Source: Bacteroidales bacterium UBA1410
GTDB lineage: Bacteria > Bacteroidota > Bacteroidia > Bacteroidales > Dysgonomonadaceae
Direction of reading: 5' to 3'
Assembly: GCA_002305015.1 (NCBI GenBank)
Contig: DBPW01000014.1
Span: 6,633 to 70,632, forward strand
DNA: 64,000 bases
Numbering within the stretch: the first letter of the stretch is position 1; every line of letters begins with the position of its first letter. Below are positions 51,344 to 62,600 of the stretch, in pieces. Both the position numbers and the translations under genes were made by a program. Under the pieces are notes generated by a model that saw nothing but the letters and a program-made list of their open reading frames with translations, was not told the DNA's origin and ran no database searches.

Positions 51344-52336
51344 TTATACGAGATTGAGTAAAGTTGAAAGTGATTCTGTTTCTTTTTGACAAGATATAAA
51401 TGGATATTTTTCCTTGAATTGTACAAGTTTTGCTAATGTCTGCATAAGGAAATGGCGATATTCTTCGGTTTCGGGATTCAATGATTTATGATTGAGCGCC
51501 CGTAGGATTGGTTGCCATTCGGATATGATTTTTTCGGTTGCAGGAGAAAAAAACGTTTCTCTGAAGCGCTCCCACAAATAAAGAATAGCTATTTCCGAAG
51601 GATGAAACATATCATCGGCATAAAACCGATAATCACGAAGCTCATCCATTACAATTTCGTATGCAGGGAAATAATACAAATTATCTCCAAACCGCTCCAT
51701 TAATTTGTCGATTGCCAAATGCAAAATAGATTTGCTTACTTGATTTTCATGCGCCCCATCTTTCCAATGACGAATGGGACTAACCGTAAATAGGATTCTC
51801 ACCGAGGGATTGATTTTGCATAAATAGGAAATGAGGTTGGACCATTCGCCAACGATATCGTCAACCGTTAAACGAAACCGATCGAACATCTCTGTCGGAT
51901 ATTTATGGCAATTTCCTACAATATTCCCTGTTTTGCGCAATCGATAAGCATACGCGGTACCAAAAGTGATTAAAAAAACATCGGTTTGTCTTATGCGGGA
52001 TGCAGAAGCTGAAAAACGACTGCGAATACCTTCTAAGCAACAATCTTTATCCGGATGAGAAAATGCTCCATGATGCAGAAAACTGTGATACAATCCATCG
52101 CGGAAAACAAGATCGGCTTCAAAAAAAGTACGGTTTTGCAACAATCGTTGCATCGCAGAAGAAATAGATAAAGGATTGTATAAAATGCCAAACGGATTTA
52201 CATCTACATCGAATTTATTTTCAGACAACATCCTTCCTATATTTTCAGAAAAGCACGAACCGAAAAGCATCATTTTTGTGGAATGATGAATGTCGATATC
52301 CGGTTTTGAAATGGGAATGTATGTCCGAAATTCCAT
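51344..52336 (-). CDS. GSCFA domain protein
   Basis: FGSCFSE, NPFGILYNP, TVSPIRH, YFPAYEIVMDELRDYRFY..DM.HP; ATG at 52336. Confidence 0.92.
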   Translation of the reverse strand: MEFRTYIPISKPDIDIHHSTKMMLFGSCFSENIGRMLSENKFDVDVNPFGILYNPLSISSAMQRLLQNRTFFEADLVFRDGLYHSFLHHGAFSHPDKDCCLEGIRSRFSASASRIRQTDVFLITFGTAYAYRLRKTGNIVGNCHKYPTEMFDRFRLTVDDIVGEWSNLISYLCKINPSVRILFTVSPIRHWKDGAHENQVSKSILHLAIDKLMERFGDNLYYFPAYEIVMDELRDYRFYADDMFHPSEIAILYLWERFRETFFSPATEKIISEWQPILRALNHKSLNPETEEYRHFLMQTLAKLVQFKEKYPFISCQKETESLSTLLNLV

Positions 52337-52462
52337 CGCATTTATTTTTATACAAAAATAGCATAAATCGGATGAGAATGTAGCACAAATAATGATAATT
52401 TGCAAAAATGATCGGTCTATGAATATCGGAAAAAAAGAGTGATACTATAAAGGGAAGGGATA

Positions 52463-52533
52463 TAAAAAAGAAAAGGTTGTCTCACGACAACCAATCTTCA
52501 TTGTTAACCTTAAATCTAATACCATGAAAAACA
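52463..52533 (-). ncRNA. Candidate small RNA of about 70 nt
   Basis: TATATTTG -7 box (52539-52546), AU-rich body TTTTTCATGGTATTAGATTTAAGGTTAAC, terminator GGTTGTC-GTGA-GACAACC-TTTTCTTTTTT. Confidence 0.65.
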
Positions 52534-52653
52534 CGATGCAAATATAGCCATTTTTATGTTATAGAACATTGTTTCTCGTCATAAAAGCCCAATATTTAAC
52601 CTAGTTTAATACCGAAGAAGTCTTTAAAAGCATATTTCTAACGATTTTAACAA

Positions 52654-53847
52654 TTAAACCACATACAATACCAATCCCTTTAAATATTCTCCTTCGGGAT
52701 GATACATATTAACGGGGTGATCGGCCGGTTGGTCAAGTTGATGCAAAATACGAACACTTCTGCGTGATAGTGCTGCCGCACTAAAGACGGCAAGTCTAAA
52801 TTGTTCCCTGCTAATGGCTTGAGAACAGGAAAAAGTAAAAATTATACCCCCCGGAGCAATTTTTTCAAATGCCGCAAGGTTTAGCTTTCGGTATCCCTGT
52901 AATGCATTTTTAATTGCTCCACGATGTTTGGCAAATGCAGGGGGATCGAGAATAATAAGATCATAGGCATCCTTCTCAATCTTTTTCAAGAACTTAAAAG
53001 CATCTTCCGAATGCGAAGCATGGCGGGTATCATCGGCAAAATTCAACTTGATATTTTCGTTGGTCAACATCACAGCTTTAGCTGAGCTGTCTACCGAATC
53101 CACGTGTTGTGCACCGCCACGCAAAGCATATGCCGAAAAACCTCCAGTATAACAAAACATGTTGAGAACACAGCGGTCTCTCGCGTATTTTTCCAACAAT
53201 CTTCGGTTTTCTCGTTGATCGATGAAAAAACCTGTTTTTTGGCCTCGCAACCAATCGATATAAAATTTTAATCCATTCTCAACGGCAATCGGATTTACAT
53301 TTTCTCCTCCTACAAGATATTCATTCTGAAATTCGGGATCGCCGGTATACGATAACGTGGCTTCGGATTTATAAAAAATATGCATGACGGCTTGCGAAGA
53401 AACAACCTCTTGCAACGCTTCCACAATTAGATAGCGATCTTTATGCATACCAATCGAATGTGCTTGTATAACAGCCGTTTTGTCATAAATATCGATAATG
53501 AGACCGGGCAAATTGTCGCCCTCGCCATGCACTAAACGATAAATGGTATTATCGGGACGAATTAACCCTGCTTTTTGACGTATATTATAAGCATCGGAAA
53601 GACGTTTGATGTAAAAACTCCGATCGATGGGCTCATCCTCAAACGATAAAATACGTATTGAAATGCTTCCCATCTGATAATGACCTATACCGAGAAAAGT
53701 ACGGTCAGCGGCTAAAACTTTCACCACATCACCTTCTTGCAACCCTTCGGATATAGACGCAATGGCTCCCGAAAATACCCAAGGATGAAAACGATGCAGC
53801 GATTCATCTTTCTTGGGCTTCAGTATAATTTCCCCTCTGTTTTTCAT
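52654..53847 (-). CDS. rlmI: RlmI-like 23S rRNA m5C methyltransferase
   Basis: PUA HPWVFSGAI, GQKTGFFIDQRENR, NMFCYTGGFS, LDPPAF, FSCS, YLKG. Confidence 0.9.
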   Translation of the reverse strand: MKNRGEIILKPKKDESLHRFHPWVFSGAIASISEGLQEGDVVKVLAADRTFLGIGHYQMGSISIRILSFEDEPIDRSFYIKRLSDAYNIRQKAGLIRPDNTIYRLVHGEGDNLPGLIIDIYDKTAVIQAHSIGMHKDRYLIVEALQEVVSSQAVMHIFYKSEATLSYTGDPEFQNEYLVGGENVNPIAVENGLKFYIDWLRGQKTGFFIDQRENRRLLEKYARDRCVLNMFCYTGGFSAYALRGGAQHVDSVDSSAKAVMLTNENIKLNFADDTRHASHSEDAFKFLKKIEKDAYDLIILDPPAFAKHRGAIKNALQGYRKLNLAAFEKIAPGGIIFTFSCSQAISREQFRLAVFSAAALSRRSVRILHQLDQPADHPVNMYHPEGEYLKGLVLYVV

Positions 53848-54421
53848 TATGACCTTCCTGTATTAAATGATTGTAAATGCGTAGGCATGCCCAAGCATCG
53901 AGTGCTGCATACGATTTTTGAGCCTCGCTAAGTTCGGTGGCTTCCCAGTTAGATACACGTTGACTCTTGGCTATTCTCTTTCCAAAAAGAATGGCATATA
54001 TCTTTTGCAGGCTGTTTTCTTCTATACCGTAATCATCGACAAAAGATTGGAGTTCGACAAAATTTTGAGGCTTTTTATCGGAACGACGACGAATTGCGGC
54101 AAAATCGTCTTTAAGCGAAAGACCGATTTTTTTTATATCGGGATTACAAATGATCTCATCCAGTAAATCGGGATAACCGATACGATTCAGTCGAAACAAA
54201 AAACAGGTGTCTTCGCTTGAAAGTTGCAAAAGCGCCACTTTATGCGGCCGCCCTCGTTTAAATGCCGGTTTGGTTTCGGTATCGAAACCCAGTATTTGCT
54301 TCGAAAGTAGATAATTTACAGCATCAGGAACTTTATTGATATCGTCTATCACTTCGATCTTCCCGTTAAACGTCTCCATAGGAAGTCTGGCTATTTCTTC
54401 TTTTGTTATTGTTAATCCCAC
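53804..54421 (-). CDS. DEDDy 3'-5' exonuclease domain protein
   Basis: GFDTETKP, LLQLS, SLQKIYA, SNWE, YAALDA. Confidence 0.9.
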   Translation of the reverse strand: MGLTITKEEIARLPMETFNGKIEVIDDINKVPDAVNYLLSKQILGFDTETKPAFKRGRPHKVALLQLSSEDTCFLFRLNRIGYPDLLDEIICNPDIKKIGLSLKDDFAAIRRRSDKKPQNFVELQSFVDDYGIEENSLQKIYAILFGKRIAKSQRVSNWEATELSEAQKSYAALDAWACLRIYNHLIQEGHNEKQRGNYTEAQER

Positions 54422-54993
54422 AAGCCATCCAAATTTAAATCTTCTTCCTCGTTTTCTTCATCAGAAAATAGATCATCACCATAATACAACGCATGAAGAG
54501 GGCGCATAGTGTTTACTAACTTTTGGCCCCAATATGTTTTAAAATTTTCCACACAACGATTGAGCGCATCAATCATCTGATCCGTAAGATGATATTGATA
54601 CACAGAAACAAAGTTTCGTATATCCTGATAAATATCGGCGATATCTTCTGAAATAGAAGCAGACACAGGCGTATCACTGTATTTCATATCTTCTACAAAA
54701 ACATCCAAATAAACATCCTCTTCACCCATTAGGGAAGCCACTTTTGTTTCAATACGCGCATAATCTTCTTCATTCACAAAAGTTTCCAATGGCTCATCAT
54801 TTAGTTGAACCGTTTCCGGAAGAAGCGTCGCTTTGAGATACAGTAAAGGCAAAATCCGTATTATTTTGGCCAACCATTCGTTACGACTTTCTATCTCGTC
54901 TTTTTCGAGGAATGCGCAAAACTCCACACAAACTGTTACAAATTCAATGACAGCGGGAGAATAGATGATTTTTTCATTTTTGTTTTCAGCCAT
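54412..54993 (-). CDS. DUF5063 family protein
   Basis: IEFVTV..EFCAFLE, LPLLYLKA, SEDIADIYQD, YWGQKL; ATG at 54993 below TACTTTTG at 55037-55044. Confidence 0.8.
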   Translation of the reverse strand: MAENKNEKIIYSPAVIEFVTVCVEFCAFLEKDEIESRNEWLAKIIRILPLLYLKATLLPETVQLNDEPLETFVNEEDYARIETKVASLMGEEDVYLDVFVEDMKYSDTPVSASISEDIADIYQDIRNFVSVYQYHLTDQMIDALNRCVENFKTYWGQKLVNTMRPLHALYYGDDLFSDEENEEEDLNLDGLWD

Positions 54994-55055
54994 TTTTCTA
55001 TTTTCAATTTCAACTTCTAAAAGATAATTGGTTATGCAAAAGTACACAATTTAAA

Positions 55056-55096
55056 AATATGCACTCCGAAAATCAGCTGATTTTGGAGTGCATATT
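55056..55096 (-). terminator. Long palindromic terminator after glgP
   Basis: AATATGCACTCC-G-AAAATCAG/CTGATTTT-GGAGTGCATATT with a T-tract on the minus strand. Confidence 0.7.
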
Positions 55097-55149
55097 ATAT
55101 TACTTCTCCTATTCCCCGAACCGATGAAGGTTCCTAATAGGGAGATCGT

Positions 55150-57714
55150 TTAAATCCAACGAACATAGGCGAAATCCATACGATGAGGCAAGTCGGGATT
55201 TTTTGGAAATATGCGTAGCGCATATTGATGTGTACCGGGATTATTCAATGCTTCTTTTGTCTGAAAATACAGAAGAGAGCCTTCTGTTTTGACTAGATCG
55301 AATTCATATTTTTCGATAAATTCGGCTTTATTCCGAATAGGGTCAAAATCAACCATTACACATTCTACTCCCAAATCGCCAATCATATTCTTCTTGTCGA
55401 TCACCACTTCTCCATAGATAATATTTTTGTTATCCTTGATATCCAAATACTGATTTGGATTAAAATCGAGTTTTACCACTTCAATTTCATCCCAATTGGA
55501 TGCCATATTTTCCTTCCATGCAACAATTTCTTTTGCTTTAGCATAGTCGTTAGCACGTAATTTTTTTGAACGATTAGCCAGTTTGAAATAGAACTTGTCG
55601 TAATATTCATCCAACATGCGTTTGGTGGTGAAACGCGGAGCAATTTGGGCAATGGATTTTTTAATATATTGAACCCACTCGTGAGAATACCCATTGCTGT
55701 TATAAGAATAATACAAGGGTATAATCTCGTTTTCGAGCATGGAATAAATGGTAAAAGCATCCAATTCGTCTTGGAAGGTTTGATTTTCGTAAACTTTTTC
55801 AGCCGGAATAGCCCATCCTGCACCTTCTCTATAACCCTCGTACCACCAACCATCCATTACCGATAAGTTGAGCACGCCGTTTATTGCGGCTTTCTGTCCC
55901 GAAGTACCGGAAGCTTCCTGCAAACGAATAGGAGTATTCAGCCACAAATCCACACCGGCAATGAGTCTTTTTGCCAATCGCATATCATAATTTTCGAGAA
56001 AAATAATCTTCCCCAAAAATTCGGGCCGACGCGATATTTCAACAATGTGTTTGATCAACGCTTGACCTGCACCATCGGCAGGATGAGCTTTCCCTGCGAA
56101 TATAAATTGAACGGGGTGTTTCGGATCGTTAACAATCTTCGACAACCTGTCCAAATCGGTAAAAAGCAGATAAGCCCGTTTATAAGTAGCAAAACGCCTG
56201 GCAAATCCTATCAATAATGCATTGGGATTCAATTGTTCAAGAATAGATACGATACGAGAGGGACTTGCCTGATTTTTCAACCAGCCGTATTGAAACTCTG
56301 TACGAATATGCTCGATGAGTTTTCTTTTCAGATGCATGCGTAATTCCCAAAGTTCATCATCACTCACATCATATATTTTTTCCCAAATATTCAGATTCGA
56401 TTCATCGTCATAAAAAGTTGGATCGAAATGTTTCTCATAAAACGCTTTCATTGAGGCTGTCGACCAAGTGGGTAAATGCACACCGTTGGTAACATGCCCC
56501 ACATGCAACTCTTCGGGAAAATATCCTTTCCACACCGGCTGAAACATCTCACGAGAAACTTTTTCGTGCAATTCACTTACTCCGTTTGACTCTTGGGTAG
56601 TATTTAATGCGAACACGCTCATGGAGAATTTTTCGTGACTGCCGGGATTTTCGCGCCCCAAATCCATAAATTGTTGCCATGGAATGCCGATTTTTTCTAC
56701 CAGCTTACCCATATATTTAGCGATAAGCGGTTCATCGAAATAATCGTGTCCGGCAGGCACAGGAGTATGAACGGTATATAATGATGATGCACGAACCATT
56801 TCCAATGCCTCATTAAACGAAAGTTTTTCATCATTTACAAAATCACACAACCGTTGTGCATTAATAAGGGCCGCATGACCTTCATTCAAATGATATACCT
56901 CTTTTTTTATTCCTAATCTCTTCAGCAGCAATATACCGCCAACACCCAACAAGTATTCCTGTTTCATCCGGTTTTCCCAATCCCCACCGTAAAGCTGATA
57001 CGTAATTGACCGATAGAATTCGTCGTTTAAGTCGATATCGGTATCCATAAGATAGAGATTAATGCGCCCTATGGGTACTTTCCAGACATTACAATACACA
57101 ATCTTATCGTGGAAGGGTACTTCAAGAATCAATGGATTGTTTGTTTCGTCCATGACCTGAGAAATGGGCAGATTTCCAAAATTTTGGGCTTCAAAATTAG
57201 CAATCTGTTGTCCATCTATCGATAGGCTTTGCGAAAAATAACCGTATCGGTAAAGAAATCCCACTCCGGTAATATCCACGCAACTGTCACTAGCTTCTTT
57301 CAGATAATCGCCTGCCAATATTCCCAATCCTCCGGAATAGATTTTAAGTACATTGGTCAAGCCATATTCCATACTGAAATAGGCAACACTCGGGCGGGTA
57401 GTATCGTATGGCTTACTCATGTAATCCTTAAATACTTGATAAGCCTCGTTTGCTTCCTGAAGAAAATCCTGATCATTCAAAATCTCTTCTATTCTTTCCG
57501 TCGTCAGATTCTGCAAAAGAACAACCGGATTTTGTTGACTTTTATCCCATCCTTCAGGATCTATTTTTTTGAAAATATTTTTAGCTTTTCCATTCCATAC
57601 CCACCATAAATTATGAGCCATTTCATTCAAGAACTGCAACTGCATAGGCAAAATGGCACGCACCTGGATATCTCGCCAAACAGGTGTATTTGAATAACTC
57701 GATCTAATAATCAT
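55150..57714 (-). CDS. glgP: Alpha-glucan (glycogen) phosphorylase
   Basis: YFSMEYG, YSGGLGILAGD, HLNEGH, ARRFATYKR, EASGTSGQK (PLP lysine); TATCTTTG promoter at 57782-57789. Confidence 0.96.
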   Translation of the reverse strand: MIIRSSYSNTPVWRDIQVRAILPMQLQFLNEMAHNLWWVWNGKAKNIFKKIDPEGWDKSQQNPVVLLQNLTTERIEEILNDQDFLQEANEAYQVFKDYMSKPYDTTRPSVAYFSMEYGLTNVLKIYSGGLGILAGDYLKEASDSCVDITGVGFLYRYGYFSQSLSIDGQQIANFEAQNFGNLPISQVMDETNNPLILEVPFHDKIVYCNVWKVPIGRINLYLMDTDIDLNDEFYRSITYQLYGGDWENRMKQEYLLGVGGILLLKRLGIKKEVYHLNEGHAALINAQRLCDFVNDEKLSFNEALEMVRASSLYTVHTPVPAGHDYFDEPLIAKYMGKLVEKIGIPWQQFMDLGRENPGSHEKFSMSVFALNTTQESNGVSELHEKVSREMFQPVWKGYFPEELHVGHVTNGVHLPTWSTASMKAFYEKHFDPTFYDDESNLNIWEKIYDVSDDELWELRMHLKRKLIEHIRTEFQYGWLKNQASPSRIVSILEQLNPNALLIGFARRFATYKRAYLLFTDLDRLSKIVNDPKHPVQFIFAGKAHPADGAGQALIKHIVEISRRPEFLGKIIFLENYDMRLAKRLIAGVDLWLNTPIRLQEASGTSGQKAAINGVLNLSVMDGWWYEGYREGAGWAIPAEKVYENQTFQDELDAFTIYSMLENEIIPLYYSYNSNGYSHEWVQYIKKSIAQIAPRFTTKRMLDEYYDKFYFKLANRSKKLRANDYAKAKEIVAWKENMASNWDEIEVVKLDFNPNQYLDIKDNKNIIYGEVVIDKKNMIGDLGVECVMVDFDPIRNKAEFIEKYEFDLVKTEGSLLYFQTKEALNNPGTHQYALRIFPKNPDLPHRMDFAYVRWI

Positions 57715-57797
57715 TTTTTAATATTTTAATTTATTTAAAAAGAACTAGTAAAATGGTATTTTACTTCTTTTTATAGCCAAGCAAAGATAATAAAATT

Positions 57798-59492
57798 TTA
57801 TTCATTCTGTAATTTATAAGGTTTTGATAATCGAACAAAAGAATTATGTAAAGCGTTGAAATATGCTTCCTGATAATGAACAATAAAATGGCTCCAATCG
57901 CTGATATCGGCCACAGCTAAAGCACTCTTCTGCAAAATTGCAATTTGCTCCGGACTTTTCAATGAAAAATCAAAAACAACATCCGCGATTTCTTTCGATA
58001 CTTCATTGTAGTTGAAATCATCGCGGTATATAACTTGGACCCCATCATTAATTCCTTCTTTATCTCCCATTTTTTTTACCCATGAACCAAAGCCGGACAA
58101 GGTAGTGGTAATGGTTGGAACCGAAAAAGCGACGCTCTCATGTGGCGTATAACCCCAGGGTTCGTAATAGGAAGGAAAAACAGTAAGATCCATTCCGATA
58201 AGTAAATCATAATAAGGAACATTGAATACACCATCGTTCCCGTTAAGATAAGAAGGAACAAAAATTACTTTAAGCCGATCATTCTCTGAATTACAAAACC
58301 CTAAATGTCGCAACTGATTCATAATCAAATCATGATCGGGATCAACCAATTCATGAGTAATAAAAGGACAACTTGGAGACATAGATGCAGATGCCGAAGA
58401 AACCCGTTCATTCAACCTTTCCACCAGATCGGAACGAGATCCTTTAATCCAAGCCGGCACCATAATAAAAGCAATTACGTCTTTAGCTAGTTGTGGCGTT
58501 TTACGCAAGATATTCATCGCATCGATAAAAACATCAATCCCTTTATTTCGATATTCATAACGTCCGCTTATTGCTATCAACAGCGCATCCCTTTGAACCT
58601 CGTGCACTAATACTTTTTCGGCGACATCCAATAAAATCTGACGAGCTTTTTTCCGTGCCTGCTTATATGCATTTCCTTTCGGAATAAAATCTTTCTCAAA
58701 TCCATTAGGAGTAACCACATCGGGCTGACGTTGCAAAAATTGGGCACATTCCTGTGCGGTGATATCGCTCACCGTTGTGAAACAATCGACATTCAGAGCC
58801 GTTCTTTTCTCTACAGAATGTTTAGCGACAACATTCAACTGACGAGCCATTTGGTCTCCGTTATATTGCTTTAAATGATTGTAAAGCGGTAAATTGTTCC
58901 CGGCAATGGAACGTCCCACCGTAGTAGCATGTGTAGTAAACACAGTAGCTACTTTGGGAATGTTTTTTTTGATATATAGTGCCCCCATCCCCGTCATCCA
59001 TTCGTTGAAGTGAGCAATAACATTCAGTGCCTCCAATTTATAATAGCGATAAAAACTTTCGATCACCACTCCACTAGCGTAAGCAAACATGCAGGCTTCA
59101 TGATAATCGCCATATCCGAAAAGAGAATCTACACCAAAATCAGTCCACATTTGAGCGTAGATATTGTCTTTAATCGCAAAGAACTTGTCGAATTTTATCA
59201 AAAAAACAATCGGATTGCCCGGTACATTCCATCTGCCAATTCTGATTTGCAACTGTTGATTTCTGTATGCATGATCCCTCCACTCCGAAAAAAGATCGGG
59301 ATCTTCCCTAAACCACGGGCTTTCTTTTTCTACCCATATATCCGGTCCGATAAAAATGATATGATCCTTGTAAAGTTTCTGAAGTGAATTTGCCCGCGTA
59401 GACAATACCGTATAAATACCCCCTACCATGTTGCATACTTCCCAGCTTGTTTCAAAAATATAATCGGGAGTATGCCTTGTGTCTATTTGCAT
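57798..59492 (-). CDS. Glycogen synthase, GT3 (eukaryote-like) family
   Basis: FETSWEVCNMVGGIYTV, HFNEWM, FTTHAT..GR, GRYEYRNKG.D, FPSYYEPWGYTP. Confidence 0.92.
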   Translation of the reverse strand: MQIDTRHTPDYIFETSWEVCNMVGGIYTVLSTRANSLQKLYKDHIIFIGPDIWVEKESPWFREDPDLFSEWRDHAYRNQQLQIRIGRWNVPGNPIVFLIKFDKFFAIKDNIYAQMWTDFGVDSLFGYGDYHEACMFAYASGVVIESFYRYYKLEALNVIAHFNEWMTGMGALYIKKNIPKVATVFTTHATTVGRSIAGNNLPLYNHLKQYNGDQMARQLNVVAKHSVEKRTALNVDCFTTVSDITAQECAQFLQRQPDVVTPNGFEKDFIPKGNAYKQARKKARQILLDVAEKVLVHEVQRDALLIAISGRYEYRNKGIDVFIDAMNILRKTPQLAKDVIAFIMVPAWIKGSRSDLVERLNERVSSASASMSPSCPFITHELVDPDHDLIMNQLRHLGFCNSENDRLKVIFVPSYLNGNDGVFNVPYYDLLIGMDLTVFPSYYEPWGYTPHESVAFSVPTITTTLSGFGSWVKKMGDKEGINDGVQVIYRDDFNYNEVSKEIADVVFDFSLKSPEQIAILQKSALAVADISDWSHFIVHYQEAYFNALHNSFVRLSKPYKLQNE

Positions 59493-59520
59493 AAATAAAA
59501 TATTCTGATCTCAAAACGTG

Positions 59521-59599
59521 CAAAGATATGAATTTCTTATCAATAGAAAAGGTTAATCAGGTGCTAATAATGAAAATATATCAAAAAAGATTATCTTTG
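59521..59599. promoter_or_regulatory. Divergent -7 promoter elements for glycogen synthase and mfd
   Basis: TATCTTTG on the minus strand (59521-59528) and TATCTTTG on the plus strand (59592-59599). Confidence 0.65.
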
Positions 59600-59613
59600 T
59601 ATTCTAAATTTGA

Positions 59614-62600
59614 TTGTTTTCGATTTTGGATATTTCTCAACTTCAACAGATCTTCGAAAAACATCCCAATATAGCGGCTTCCGCCGACTTACTTAAAAAA
59701 GTACAGGTTTTATCGGTAAGGCAGCTGCAGGGATCGTCGTGCGCCATTTTTGCTGTCGGCTTGTTTCATAAATTTCCTCAAACGTATCTTTATATTCTGA
59801 ATGATGCAGAAACCGCCGGCTATTTTTATCACGATCTGACGCAAATCATTGGTACACAAGAGATACTTTTTTTCCCTTCGGCATACAAACGTGCAGCAAA
59901 ATACGGCCAAATCGATCCGGCAAATGAGATCTTGCGTACCGAAACCTTAAATCGCATACAAAGCAAAAAATTCCCTTTCATTATCGTAAGTTATCCCGAT
60001 GCTTTAGCGGAAAAAACCGTTTCGAGAGACACGCTCCAAAAAAATACCTTGCGTTTGTCAACCGGAGAAAAAGTGGATAGTTCGTTCGTTTCACAAGTAT
60101 TGGATTCATATCGATTTCAACGTGTGGACTACGTTTATGAACCGGGTCAATATGCTGTGCGAGGAAGCATTTTAGACGTTTTTTCTTTTTCGAGTGAATA
60201 CCCGTATCGGATCGATTTTTTTGGCGATGAGGTTGAGACCATTCGCAGTTTTGATGTTGAAACCCAACTTTCGAAAGAAAAGTTGAGCGACATATCCATT
60301 GTACCCGAATTGGGCCTTTCAGAATCGAAAAATGCCACACTTTTCGACTTGATTCCTCAGGAAACGATTATTGGAACAGAAAATATTCAATGGATAACAA
60401 GTCGCATTTCAGCCATCAATGAAGATGAGCTACATATTCATCCACAAGAAGTTGACTTTGTTAAAGCCGATCTTATTTCGAGAGACGAATTTCTATCGGC
60501 CATAAAACCTTTTAAACAGATTCGCTTTGATGCCAACATGTCGGATATACCTGACGCTGCTCTAGATTTTCATACCTCTCCTCAACCGCTTTACCATAAA
60601 AATTTCGAATTGTTGAGCGAATCGATGCATCATTTTCTGGATGAGGGATATACAATTTATATACTAAGTGACAGCGAAAAGCAACAAAAAAGACTCCATG
60701 ATATCTTTGAAGACCGAAACGACGATATCCCCTTTACTCCGGTCAACAAAACCCTGCATGCAGGTTTTTCGGACGAAACCCTAAAAATATGCTGCTTTAC
60801 CGATCATCAGATTTTCGATCGTTTTCATAAATACAATCTGAAATCCGATAAAGCCCGTTCCGGGAAAATCGCGCTCACCCTAAAGGAACTGAACCAACTT
60901 CAACCCGGAGACTATGTTGTGCACATGGATCACGGTATCGGTAAATTTGCCGGACTGGTACGTTTACGCATCGGCGACCAGGTGCAAGAAGTAATTAAAC
61001 TTACCTATCAAAACAACGATGCGGTATTCGTCTCCATTCATTCTCTTCATAAAATATCGAAATATAAAGGCAAAGAAGGCGAACCTCCTCAGCTCAACAA
61101 ACTGGGTTCGGGCGCATGGGAAAGGGTAAAAGAACGTACAAAATCAAAAATCAAGGATATTGCGCGCGATCTGATCAAACTCTATGCCCAACGCCAACAC
61201 GAAAGGGGGCATGCTTTTACAAAAGACACGTATTTGCAAAACGAGCTTGAAGCCTCCTTTATGTATGAAGATACTCCCGATCAGCTGAAGGCAACTCAAG
61301 ACGTAAAAAACGATATGGAAAGCGAACGCCCGATGGACAGATTAATTTGTGGCGATGTTGGTTTCGGAAAAACGGAAATTGCGATAAGAGCGGCATTTAA
61401 AGCTGCCACCGATGGCAAACAAACGGCAGTGCTTGTACCCACTACTACATTGGCCACCCAGCATTACCATACGTTCCGCGATCGTTTGTCAAACTTCCCG
61501 GTAAAGGTAGATTACCTGAGTCGTGCCCGCTCGTCGAAAGAACAAAAAGCTATTTTGAAAGAACTGAAAGAGGGAAATATCGATATCATCATCGGAACGC
61601 ACCGTTTGGTAGGTAAAGACGTAAAGTTTCATGATTTGGGGTTACTGATTATCGATGAGGAACAAAAATTCGGTGTCTCCACCAAAGAGAAACTCCGACA
61701 AATAAAAGTTAACGTCGATACCCTTACCATGACCGCCACTCCTATTCCACGGACATTGCAATTTTCGCTGATGGGTTCTCGAGATCTTTCCATTATTAAT
61801 ACGCCTCCTCCCAATCGTTATCCGGTGCAAACCGAAGTGCATACCTTCGATATAGAACTTATCAAAGAAGCGATTAATTTTGAAATCAGCCGAAACGGAC
61901 AGGTTTTCATCGTAAGCAACCGCATCCAATTTCTTTATGAACTTGAAGCACGGATAAAAAAAGAAATGCCCGATATCCGCATTGCGGTGGGTCATGGACA
62001 AATGGACCCGAAAAAACTCGAAAAAATCATTTCCGATTTTATTGATCAAGAATATGACGTGCTTCTTGCGACTACCATCATTGAATCGGGTATCGACATG
62101 CCCAATGTCAATACAATAATCATTATCAACGCTCAGGATTTCGGATTAAGCGATCTGCATCAACTACGCGGACGAGTTGGACGAAGCAATCGAAAAGCTT
62201 TTTGTTATTTACTGACTCCGCCATTGAACACGCTTTCTGCTGATGCACGCCGACGCATACAAGCTATCGAAAATTTTTCAGAACTTGGAAGTGGAATTCA
62301 TATTGCTTTGCAAGATTTGGACATCCGTGGGGCAGGTAATTTATTGGGTGCCGAGCAAAGTGGATTTATTGCCGAACTCGGTTATGAAACCTATCAAAAA
62401 ATTCTTGCCGAAGCCATAGAAGAATTAAAAAGAGAAGAATTCTCGGATTTGTATGAAGAACAACAGCGAGAAAAGGTCTTAGAAGAAGATTTTGTGACCG
62501 ATGTAACAGTAGAAAGTGATCTTGGGCTGATGTTCCCCGAATCCTATATTCCGAATGATGCTGAACGGATTAGCATCTATCGTGAATTGGATAGCATAGA

